In this document: positions 1 to 9,800 of the stretch, piece after piece | Layout of the letters: each line of letters opens with the position of its first letter | How positions within the stretch are numbered: the first letter of the stretch is position 1 | Sequence record: KX397364.2 | Reading direction: 5' to 3' (one strand) | DNA: 32,000 nt | Origin: Erwinia phage vB_EamM_Asesino | Notes under the pieces: model-generated | Databases searched by the model: none | Told to the model about the DNA's origin: nothing | Seen by the model: the letters and a program-made list of their open reading frames with translations, nothing else | Translations under genes and position numbers: made by a program

Positions 1-525
1 CCCTATCCGCTTCTCCCAGAGCACCCAGACCGTTTATCGGACAACGAGGTAACCTACTGGCTCTCGACGGGTACGGGCCTCCTGATGCGTCTGACGGAGC
101 GTGAGACCCGACTGCCGAACTACACCGGTGAGCCGGGTGTGTACTCGGAAAAAGAAACGTATGCGCAATACTGGCGACCTGGTCATACAGCGGGGCGACC
201 GGAATACCTGCCGACCGACTCATTGAAGGTTGAGCATTATCTGGCCCGTCCTGAGTCAACGAATATTTTCACGTTGGCCGAAGCGCACAGCATTGTGTCT
301 CGTTTATCTCAGGCACCGTATCACACCGATGCGTCGCGTGACCTGTTAAGCTACCTGTGGGATAACTTTGTTTCCTACACGGAAGTGGGTTCTGACAAAC
401 CAGTGAACGACCTGCTGATGTTTAGCGGTCAGAAGCTGTGGTTCCAGGGTGAGAAAGCGCGTGACTGGATTATGTCCATTCCGCACTGCATTGTCCATGT
501 TCGTAATCTCAATATGGATGCCTAA
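1..525 (+). CDS. hypothetical protein, 5'-truncated by window edge
   Basis: Frame +1 is open from nt 1: 'PYPLLPEHPDRLSDNEVTYWLSTGTGLL' precedes the first ATG at 85. There is no Shine-Dalgarno before nt 85, so the gene probably starts upstream of the window. Stop TAA 523-525. No family motif recognised. Confidence 0.7.
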   Translation, partial: PYPLLPEHPDRLSDNEVTYWLSTGTGLLMRLTERETRLPNYTGEPGVYSEKETYAQYWRPGHTAGRPEYLPTDSLKVEHYLARPESTNIFTLAEAHSIVSRLSQAPYHTDASRDLLSYLWDNFVSYTEVGSDKPVNDLLMFSGQKLWFQGEKARDWIMSIPHCIVHVRNLNMDA

Positions 526-527
526 CG

Positions 528-959
528 ATGGAAAAGCGACTGCACAGAATCAATTACACTGGTGCTGAGCAGTTGTTTGTGGACGGTGAGCTGTGGTTAG
601 ACCATGGTCTCACCCTGCAACAACTGGCTATACTTAAGTGCATCTCCGAACACCACGATGGGGTAGAGTTCATCTTTACCGACCAACCTATTCCGGAGTC
701 CGTGTGGACGGACAGGCGTAACCTGCTGTTCTGGAAAGTCGGTGAGAACTTTGTAAGGAAGATGCTCTACACGCACAAGTGGCGAGGCGGTTGTCATGAC
801 CCCATGAACGTATTGAAAGTTTCTTCTCGCTTCGGGACAGAGATGTCGTACGTACAAACCTGGCCAAAAGATTTGGGTGAGAATAGCGTGGTGGTGTGGT
901 GGAGAAACCCTGGTTTGGATGCAACACCGTACATCGTGTTTGAATACCAACGCAAATAA
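528..959 (+). CDS. hypothetical protein (143 aa)
   Basis: ATG lies 2 nt after the upstream stop, giving a tightly coupled gene pair. The amino-acid composition looks protein-like. A strong terminator follows immediately. No family recognised. Confidence 0.8.
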   Translation: MEKRLHRINYTGAEQLFVDGELWLDHGLTLQQLAILKCISEHHDGVEFIFTDQPIPESVWTDRRNLLFWKVGENFVRKMLYTHKWRGGCHDPMNVLKVSSRFGTEMSYVQTWPKDLGENSVVVWWRNPGLDATPYIVFEYQRK

Positions 960-969
960 AATAAAAGCC

Positions 970-1004
970 GAGTAGCCCAATGGGCTACTCGCTTTCTTTT
1001 TTTT
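970..1004. terminator. bidirectional intrinsic terminator between convergent genes
   Basis: Arms GAGTAGCCCA (970-979) and TGGGCTACTC (981-990) are perfectly complementary. A T-run 'CTTTCTTTTTTTT' follows on the + strand, and 'GGCTTTTATTTT' follows when read on the minus strand. It sits between the stop at 959 (+) and the stop at 1009 (-). Confidence 0.8.
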
Positions 1005-1008
1005 GCCT

Positions 1009-1551
1009 TTACGAAGCAGAAGTATCGTACACGAGGCCATCCAACTCCGTGACGCTGATAAGTTTACTGATGTCCACGCCGTCAGACGGCACTTCGGTCA
1101 GGTACACTTCCAATCGACCAATCCAGGCGAACGACTTCCCGTTAAACCGCAGGGAGTGCTTGTCACCGGAAACCGCCTCTGTCGCATAAACCTCATCCTC
1201 ACTGATAATGAGGTTGTACTTATCTCTGATCAGAGGCAGTAACCCTGCTGCGGTCGTGACCCCGGTCGCATCCACCGAAATAACAACATCCGCAAACAGG
1301 TGATCCATAAACAGTCGACGGTAGGTAACGGAAAACTTACCAAACGTTCCCTTCTCCAGAATCCCGTTGACATCGAGGGTGGTGTTGAGCCGCGTGTAAT
1401 ACGTCGGGTCTTCTTCACCTGGGCCTGCAATGTTAGCCGGGGTACCAAAGGCCAGTTTGTCCGACGTCACTCCCTTCGTCGTAAAACCGGGATTCTTGGC
1501 CACGATTAAATCGTAGACCAACTCTTTTGCGCTTTTACCAAACAGACTCAT
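1009..1551 (-). CDS. hypothetical protein (180 aa), probably virion-associated by context
   Basis: ATG 1551 is preceded by AGAGGA about 8 nt upstream (rc of 1552-1570). The terminator lies directly after the stop. It is co-oriented with the two large upstream genes. No motif recognised. Confidence 0.85.
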   Translation of the reverse strand: MSLFGKSAKELVYDLIVAKNPGFTTKGVTSDKLAFGTPANIAGPGEEDPTYYTRLNTTLDVNGILEKGTFGKFSVTYRRLFMDHLFADVVISVDATGVTTAAGLLPLIRDKYNLIISEDEVYATEAVSGDKHSLRFNGKSFAWIGRLEVYLTEVPSDGVDISKLISVTELDGLVYDTSAS

Positions 1552-1584
1552 TCTGTTTTTCCTCTCTGCGATGTTAACTTACCC

Positions 1585-3795
1585 TTAACGGGCCTGCGTC
1601 AGGAAGATGTTCGCAATTTGTCGGGCAGGAACAAGGTCGAAAGCAGCGTTCATGATGTTACCTTGTGACCAGGCAGAGGCGGCATTTTGTGCCCAGATAG
1701 AGGCGTTGATTTTCGCACGCTCAATCCCCACTACACGTTCACGCAGTGTTGCAGCACCCAGTACCGCCATAAACTCACTGAACTTGTTATCGTCGTCCCA
1801 CACGCCAGTATCGGTGACGATAGGCATGTACATGACGCGCGACAAGTCGCGGATAGTTACCTGAATATCACACGACAACGGCACACCGTCACCACGCCAA
1901 CCGAGACCACCGGCACCAAACTGCAGCGACAGGTTCGTTACCATGGCATTGCGCATGGAGTAACGACCGCGTGAGTAGCACTCAAGGTAGAACGGGTGAG
2001 TAAACGATTGTTTACCCGTGGCGATAGGACAGACCGCCGCTAACCAAAACGACATAGGCACGAGCAAATCCTGGAAGACGTCCAAATCATTACCCGACCA
2101 ACACCGTAGTGGGATGGACATGGTAATATCGTCTCCTGATGTATCAGACGAGTCCCACACTTCCGGGAAGTCAATCACTGACGAGTTGTACAGTGACATA
2201 ATCCCTGAAAGGTGTAACAAGTCCAACGCGCCGGTGAATGCAGACTTCAAGCCAGTAACGAGACCGTCAATGGCATCAAAGCCGGTCTTGCCTCCTGACA
2301 GGTTGACTTCCAGCGAACGGGCTTTCTGCGTGACCGAGTTCACGGTACCAGAAATCTCCGGCTCTTTGGTGGTGTTCGAGAAGTTGCGGCTGACTGTATC
2401 ACGGCCATCAATCTTCCAGGTAATCCACTGCGAACCGTTACGGATTTCCGATGCAGCTTGTTCGGAGACATTTTCCCAGGTGCGTTCCATCATCCCGACC
2501 ATGTCTTTAAAGAAGCTGCCGACGTTTTCTTTTTGCCCTTGTGCCATCCAGTTTTCAATCTTGCCGATGTCCAGGTTATTTTCGTCCATCGCATTCGCAG
2601 AGGATTGCGTATTGGCGGCGTTCTCCTGGTTCTTTTTCATTTCGGCAAGTTGTGCCTGCAAGCGTTCCTCTTTGGACTTCGCCGCATTCTCAAAGTCCTG
2701 ACCAGTACCGCCTGCTTGTTGAGCATCGGTTATCGAACCCTGCATTCCGTTGACGAGTTCGTTTTCCTGCTGGGTGGCATCATTAAACCCGGCACTGTAG
2801 GCAGGGTCTTTACGGGCCACGGTTTCCAACATCCCGAGCGAAACCTCAAACTGACCGGCTTTACTCTGGACATTCGTGGAGTACGTGGCTTCGTTGTAGA
2901 ACGCCCGAAGACGTGCTGCAAAATCTTCCTCATCATCCCCGGCTTTCTTGCGAATCTCTTCAATGGTCTTCGCCTGATAGTTCGCCAGGGTCTGGTAACG
3001 GTTGATCATGCGGTAGATATCAAACTCCCCGTTATCTTTCCAGATGTTCGGGAGCATCGAGTACCACTCCGCACGCTCAGCGTTGTATTTGTTCTCTTTG
3101 TCGTTGACATCATAGCCTAACGCAAAGGTACCGAGCACCCCAGTGGGCACCAGACGACGGTAAACCAACTGCGTGTTCACCATATTCTGTACCGCACGCA
3201 GATAAAGGTGCATGGTTGGCATCACGTAGTAGTAACGCGATGTCTCTTTGTTCAGCACCACTTTCAGGATGCGTGGAGTAATCAAGATAATCGCAAAGGC
3301 GACAGTCCCGACAGTAGCCCAGAGGGCGGCAGCGGCGACATAGGTGCCGATACTGCGCAGCATACCCGGATAGTTACCGGTACGGGCTAAGTAGGCCAGG
3401 TTCGAGTCGTACATGTTTGCGAAGAACGCAGCGACCCCAAGATAACGCGGCTTACCGAATCGGCAATGCAGATAGAAGGCATTCTGGTTAATAGCTTCCC
3501 AGTAGAACGTCCCCATCTTGTACGACCCTTTCAGGTCTTGGCTGCTGATTTGTTGTTGTTCTTTCGAACTGGTTGATTGGGGTTGTGCAAACGCCCCGGT
3601 GGAGGGAGGGTCTGCAAACAGTGTGAACTGTGGGGGTGCATTAATGGCGCGAGAACCCCCGAGGGTGGTATCTTCAAACGACATCATCGCATTGGAAAAG
3701 CGACGAAGACCCAAGAAGCGTTCGTCTCGCCGCTCACCTGTCCCACCGAATAGCGTCTTGACCCAGCTTGAGTCTTCTAATTTGCGTGCATCCAC
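1585..3795 (-). CDS. hypothetical large protein (736 aa) with one predicted transmembrane segment
   Basis: GTG start (rc of 3793-3795) lies 5 nt after SD AAGAGGTG (rc of 3800-3807). One hydrophobic stretch, 'IGTYVAAAALWATVGTVAFAIILITP', spans about aa 149-173 (nt 3277-3351). The central part is rich in Gln/Glu/Ala/Asn. No family recognised. Confidence 0.85.
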   Translation of the reverse strand: MDARKLEDSSWVKTLFGGTGERRDERFLGLRRFSNAMMSFEDTTLGGSRAINAPPQFTLFADPPSTGAFAQPQSTSSKEQQQISSQDLKGSYKMGTFYWEAINQNAFYLHCRFGKPRYLGVAAFFANMYDSNLAYLARTGNYPGMLRSIGTYVAAAALWATVGTVAFAIILITPRILKVVLNKETSRYYYVMPTMHLYLRAVQNMVNTQLVYRRLVPTGVLGTFALGYDVNDKENKYNAERAEWYSMLPNIWKDNGEFDIYRMINRYQTLANYQAKTIEEIRKKAGDDEEDFAARLRAFYNEATYSTNVQSKAGQFEVSLGMLETVARKDPAYSAGFNDATQQENELVNGMQGSITDAQQAGGTGQDFENAAKSKEERLQAQLAEMKKNQENAANTQSSANAMDENNLDIGKIENWMAQGQKENVGSFFKDMVGMMERTWENVSEQAASEIRNGSQWITWKIDGRDTVSRNFSNTTKEPEISGTVNSVTQKARSLEVNLSGGKTGFDAIDGLVTGLKSAFTGALDLLHLSGIMSLYNSSVIDFPEVWDSSDTSGDDITMSIPLRCWSGNDLDVFQDLLVPMSFWLAAVCPIATGKQSFTHPFYLECYSRGRYSMRNAMVTNLSLQFGAGGLGWRGDGVPLSCDIQVTIRDLSRVMYMPIVTDTGVWDDDNKFSEFMAVLGAATLRERVVGIERAKINASIWAQNAASAWSQGNIMNAAFDLVPARQIANIFLTQAR

Positions 3796-3807
3796 GTTTC
3801 ACCTCTT

Positions 3808-3833
3808 AAAGAAAAGGGGGCATTGCTGCCCCC
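3808..3833 (-). terminator. intrinsic terminator/attenuator downstream of the giant gene
   Basis: The minus strand reads GGGGGCA-GCAA-TGCCCCC (stem 3816-3822 / 3827-3833) followed by TTTTCTTT (rc of 3808-3815). It lies directly after the TAA of the 2379-aa ORF and directly before the SD of the 736-aa ORF. Confidence 0.65.
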
Positions 3834-3837
3834 GTAT

Positions 3838-6800
3838 TTAGCTCGCCTTACGGGTTACGTTCAGCGACGGTGTGGGTTGAGTGATAGACTGCTGACGGGC
3901 AGCGGAACCTGGAGGTGCAGCTCCTTGCGCCTGTGCCTGATTCCCGCCTTGTGGCAGACCACGACCTGGGTTGGCTTTCATAAAGTCACGGATCTCTTTA
4001 AGATACCCGGCCGACTCTTTGAGTACCTGGAGTTGCTGGACATCGACCGGCACGGTGTTCAGTGTCGGTGTGGACGCCGTGGCATCTGAACTGTTCGCCG
4101 CTGGCTGCTGGGCGGTTTTCTGCAACTGCTTCTCAGCACCTGCTTTGACCTTCGCAACATCCGTCGGTGACAATCCATCTGCCGCTGCGGCGGCAGCAAC
4201 CCCATCCGCAGTAGCAGCGGCATCGCCTCCACCAGAACTGCTACCTGGAGACGGTACTGCTGGCCCTGCGTTACCCGCGGCGGTAGCCTGTGCATCCGCA
4301 GCCGCTTGTGCGCCTTTTGCATCCAGCGCATCATCACGACGTGCAGCGTTGTCCGCAGGCAAGTCATCAGCAGCACCCGCGATAGAAGGGTCGTTCGCGG
4401 CACCCGCAGCAACTGCCGGGTTAGCCGGTGTCAGGTTTTTGGTGATATCCGAAGTCATTCCCGGTGTAGCCGACATCACGTTGGCAGAGACTGCCCCCAT
4501 GCGACGGTTCAACTCCTGGATAACGCCATCAATCGTCCTGTTACGACCCTGACCATCGTAGAACACCCCTTTGTTCCCCGAAAGGATAGCCTGCGTAATT
4601 CCCGGTGCACGCGCGGACGGTGCAGACGGGTTCTTCTGCCAGGCTTTCAGGAACAGCTTACCGCCACCGGCACCCAAGAAGTGGTACAGGTAGGCCACCG
4701 CAGGCGGTGGGGCCACGCCACCCAAATCACGTTGTGCGGATTGGATGTTGTCACGGATAAACTGCATCCCCAGCAGGGTGTTCGCCCATGGGTCAAGCTG
4801 TCCACCGCCGGTGTTGAGCTTATTCGGGATACCAAACTTATTCCCGTAGCCCTTCATCATATCGCCCCAAGTTCCGTTAATGAACTGGAACAACCCACCG
4901 GCCGTACCTGCTTTGTTAGTCACGGTGTAGTCGAAACTTGACTCCGCTTGCGCCATCGCCAAGGCCACAGCTGGCGGGACACCAAACATCTTCGCCGCAT
5001 CGGCAATCATTGCCCGAATGTTTTGAACGTTCAGTGCCCCACGACGTCCGAGTTTAGACAGCGGGTACTTCTCTGCCAGACTCTTATAGTCACCGGCCTG
5101 GACTTCACCCAGGTTAATGGATGATTGTCCGGTGGTTAACTTCGCGTAGTTCTCAATCCCGCCTACGGCATCAACAGATTGGCCAAGGTCGTTCGGCACA
5201 CCGTTAAAGCCCGGTACTGGCGCATAACCGTTCGCCCGTTGCTCAGCGGCACTGCCTTTGCCGTAGGTTTCAAAGAACTTGCTCTGCGGGTCATCGTCCT
5301 TGGTCTGGAAGAAGTTGGTGTTCTTGTCACGGCGTTGCCACTGGGCACGTTTCCCAGCCGACTGCGTTTCCTTCAACAGGTTACGCACGGCCAAGTCCGC
5401 TTCCTTCGACAGCACGCGCAACGTTTCCAACTCTTTGTCGACCGTACGCGGATCGGTGTTGGCTTCCCCACCCAATGGGTTGAACGGGATTTCCCACACG
5501 GACTGACGCACACCCCCTTTCAGGTTATACGCCCCACGTACCAACAGCGCGATTTCGTACAGGTAACCCCCCGTCATTTTCAGGTTCAGTGGATCGCCGG
5601 TCGGCAGGTAACGTTTCACCCCGACCAGGAACGTCATGAAGGCAGGTAAGAAGCGGTTAAAGAACCACAGCTTATACCGGTCTTCTTTCGGTCCACCGAT
5701 TGCATCAGGTGCCAGCACCGCAATCGCTTTCTTCCAATCCCCTTTGTAACTGGCGGACTTCACATCGACGTCTTTGATGACTTCTTTCTCGAAGAGATTC
5801 ATCTGTGTGCGTGCAGCTGAATCAATCGTCACCAGACCATACGTTTTCCAACGCAGGGATTCGAGGGCATCCAAATCTTTCTTGTCTGCCACCGCATTCC
5901 AGTCGACCTGAATCTGAACCTGTTCCGTCCCATCTTCCCAGCCCTGAGTTTTGATGGTGTTCTCGTTACGCTCTTTATCAAGCGAGGCGAGTTTCTGCGT
6001 AGACTCGGCGACCGAGGCAGACTTCACCCCTTCGACCGCTTCCCGCATCCCTTTCTTCTCAGCGACTTTGTCATCAACCAGCCAGTCAATCTCTTTCCCG
6101 ACCCGGTCTTGCACTTTCATCACTTCATCCGCATCCAGTAAATCGGGTGAGGTGAAGGTGATAGCATCCCAGGCTTTCGAGAAGAAGCCCTGATTCACTT
6201 TACGTGGGTCAGTAAGGGCATGGAAAGCGTTGGCGTCTTTCGACATCTTCGTTTTCGCCCACAGCTTCTTCTGGTCAGCTTTCGAGGTTTTCGATTGATC
6301 AGCCACATCGGCTAACTGGATATCATTATCCATTGACTTCAATGCGGTTACCCAACGCAGGTACACTGGGATGAAGCGCTGGAGCATGAATGCCTGGAAG
6401 GCCAGCATTTCGCCTTTCTCTTCCAGATTCACACCGTACCCTTCGGCCAGTTTCTCTACGTCTTTGGCTGCCATGCCGCGAAGCGTGGCTTGACCTTTGT
6501 CGTCGTAGCTGATGTATTGTTTGATGTTGTCTTCCAGGTAACGGGCTTTCGCACCGTCATCGGATGACCAGGCATCGTTGTTACGGTAACCGTACTGTGC
6601 CAAACGCATCTTGTCCAGACGCAGTGCCGGTTTGTACGTGGCGATATGGTAGGCCAACCAGGATGCCCCAACAACAGCAGCACCGATGGCAATGGCAGGC
6701 CAACCCACGGCTGCAACTACCGCCGAGGCCGCACTAGCCACACCAGTGGCAATCGTCGGGATAGCACGCGTTACCGCAAACTTCCCAACATTCCACGCAG

Positions 6801-9800
6801 CTTTCCCGATAAGTGCGCCGGGTTTAAAGATACCCCACTTCGCCACTGTGCCGAGAATCGACCCCACGGTACCGAGGATGCTGACAATCGGGCCTATTAA
6901 AGGGAGGCTTGACAACATCCCCATAATCCCACCCTTCTTGCCACCACGTTTCGGTGGCGCTGCAGCCTCTTGTTCTTCCTTGGTGCGACGCCGTCTGCGG
7001 AAGAACTGGAAGTAGTCACGTTTCTCGTCCGACTCTTTCGGTTTGTTACGCCGACTGAATTTCGAGAACATGGTACGCAGCATCCCATCGGTTCCCCCCG
7101 CTTTCTCCACGGAGTCTCGCATGGTGTTGAACCAACCCATCTCCTGCAAGTCGACCATACGGTTCAGGCGATCTAACAACCGACTGCCCAATGACCGTGA
7201 ACGGTCAGCGGCTGAACCAATAACATCCGACGCAGCCCCTTTCACTTTATCGACATCATCCTTAATCGCCGATTTGACTTTCTTGCCGGAGATACCTGCG
7301 CGCGCATTCAGATGCTGGCGGTAGAAATCTGCCACATCATCGTTACGGCCATGCAAGCGACGTTCAACCTCATAACGGGTACCGATATCAAAGCGACTGC
7401 CGCGGAACGAATCCACGATGTTACCTGCTCTGTCGCGCAGGTTGCCATATTCGTCACGAACGGTGTCCATCCCTTCACCAACACGCGACTGGAAGCGACC
7501 CCAACGTTTACCAAAACGGCGTTTCGCCATCACCTTGGCACGACGCAGCGCCTGTGATGCTTGGCCACGTAACCCTTTACCACCGCCAACATTTTTCTCC
7601 ATCTGCTCCGTCCAACCTTCGTCTTCCGGTTCCCCGGCTAAACGTTTGTTGAGGAGTTTATAGATACGAATGAGGATGTGGTTGGTCTTACGGGCATTGG
7701 ACATGGAGAACAGCGAGATCCCACCCCCGCCACCGCCTTCGCGGTTTTGCCACCAACGGGTGAGTGGGTTGTTTTGGGCCATGTCTTTAAACTTGTCCCA
7801 GCCGTTCTTCGCTGCATCCCACACTTTCTTCGGTAAACTGGTCACGCGTGAGAAGGCCGCTTGAATACGGGACTTCTCTTCGCCTTCTGGAATCTCATTC
7901 AACCAGTCTTTCACCTTGGTCAGGAACGACCCGGCTTTCGGAGAAATGAAATCCAGAATGCGTTTGGGCAACTTAACCACTTTGTTGACACCGGTACCGG
8001 CTTTTTGTGCCAGTACCTGGAACAGGGCTTGTGCCTTGCCCCCTTTGTAGTAACGCAACTTCCCGGCTTTTGCCAAATCGGCAGCAGAGAGAATCAGGTT
8101 ACCGGCTTCATCAACAATGTCGCGACCCAGGCGAATATCATCCAGCGACTTCAGCTGTTTCATGCGTGCGCCAGAACCACTGGAGACCTGGTAGTATTCC
8201 CCGGCTTCCAGCTTAGCGCCTTGCAGCACGACGTTGCCTTTCTCGTCGTAGATATCACGGATACCCAGAACGCCTTTTGCAAAGCCCGAGGCTGAGTTCC
8301 AGGCTCCTTCGAACCCACCGGTGATCAGCCCACGAATCTTCGACAGAATACCTGGCCCTTCCGACGGTCCGCCGAACTTCCCGCGTGCCCAGGCACCGAA
8401 TTTACCCAGACGGTCTTTTGCCCCTTTTGCCAGGCGTCCGCCTAAGCGGCCTGCGCCAGCAACCGAGTCAAACAGTACCCCACCCCAACGACGCAGTAAG
8501 CCGTCTTCGCCGATAATGATGCGACGACGTCGACCGCCCCCACCAGGACCACCACCAGGACGTGGCGGGCCATGAATATCGCCGGTTGCGTCACCACCTT
8601 CACCACCGCCTGCCAATGAGGCCAACAACACACCCTGTTCATCCATGTTCTTCACATGTTCCAGGATTTGCTGTACCACACTCAGGTTGCTGGATTCGCG
8701 GATAGCGGCCACCACACGATCGGTATGGCCGGTTTGGTCTTGTGCCTGGTTACGCTGACTCAACAACTCCACAAAGTTCGTGGAGGTTTCGCCGTAGAGC
8801 ACCGCGGCCAGCTGACGTGCACTGAGACCTTTGCCCCCTTTACCTTTCCCACGTAACGCAGGCGGTAAAGAAGTGTCATCCATTCCTGGACCCGCGTTGG
8901 CACCCATGCGACGCAGATAGTCCCCAAGCGCAGAACCGTTTTGCAGTTTCTTCGCAATTTCCTGCTCACGCGTCAGCGCACGACCGGTACGGGTTTTCCC
9001 CATGGCCAAATCGTTGAACAGGGTATAGGGATCGGACAGGTCTTTATCCACGCCGAACGTATCGTTCTTCGCATCGTAGTTAAAGATGCCTGCATCACGC
9101 AGCGCACGCTCACCGTAGATGTTTGCCGCTTCATCAATCATGTTCTGCCGGGCCGAGATAGACGACTGGATAGTCGCAATCCGAGATGACAGTTCATTAC
9201 TGAGTTCAGCGTGTCCGCCGGTGAGGCCGTTAGAACGGGCCTGTAAGATGCCCTGGAGCTTCTCAGCGCCATTGCCACCCATGTGTCGCATTAAGTGGCT
9301 AGAGTCCTTGAGAATGGCTCCTACGTCGAATGCGCGGCCTTGTGAGGCACGAGACTCGATATAATCGGCCAGATGCTGACGTTCTTTCGCGGACAGCTCA
9401 CCTTTGCTGTCAATAAAGTCAACCGTTTTGTTGATTGACCCTTGCAGACGCAAACGCTGTTCATCGTTAGCTACGGCTTTACGGACACGGTTGCCGATAA
9501 CCTTACGGTCAACGAACCCACGACTGGTGATGTCGTATTCCATGTCTGCATGTTCACCGTAACCCCGCCGAATCGATTTGTTGATTTCGGATAACCAGGC
9601 TGGGATGATTTCCACCAGGGTTAAGTGGGCTTTACGGTCAAACTTAGCCGAACGGGTCATTGCTGCCCCGTCACGCTCATCCAGGAACGCCTTTTCTCGG
9701 TTCAGCGGTTGGATGATTCCCATCTCGTTTAAGAAACGGAAGATATCAGCCATTGGGCCATCGGTCTCTCCGGCAATCGCGGAGTTGGACAACGATGACA

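Noticed and set aside
2018-3120. 227-aa and 220-aa + strand ORFs inside the 736-aa gene. Similar antisense ORFs occur at 5179-5649, 13416-13892, 19515-20021, 23048-23617, 29041-29565, 30903-31331 and 31454-31850.
   Set aside because: I checked the phases of the ORFs at 2458, 5179, 13416, 19515, 23048, 29041 and 30903. All are in register with the annotated sense gene, so they are the same codon-bias artefact. None has an SD or its own intergenic space.
3971-4552. 193-aa Ala-rich + strand ORF, and the Pro/Arg-rich ORF at 8321-8575
   Set aside because: These are reverse-strand readings of the Ala/Gly-rich and Gly/Arg-rich low-complexity segments of the giant gene. Low-complexity GC-rich DNA is open in several frames.
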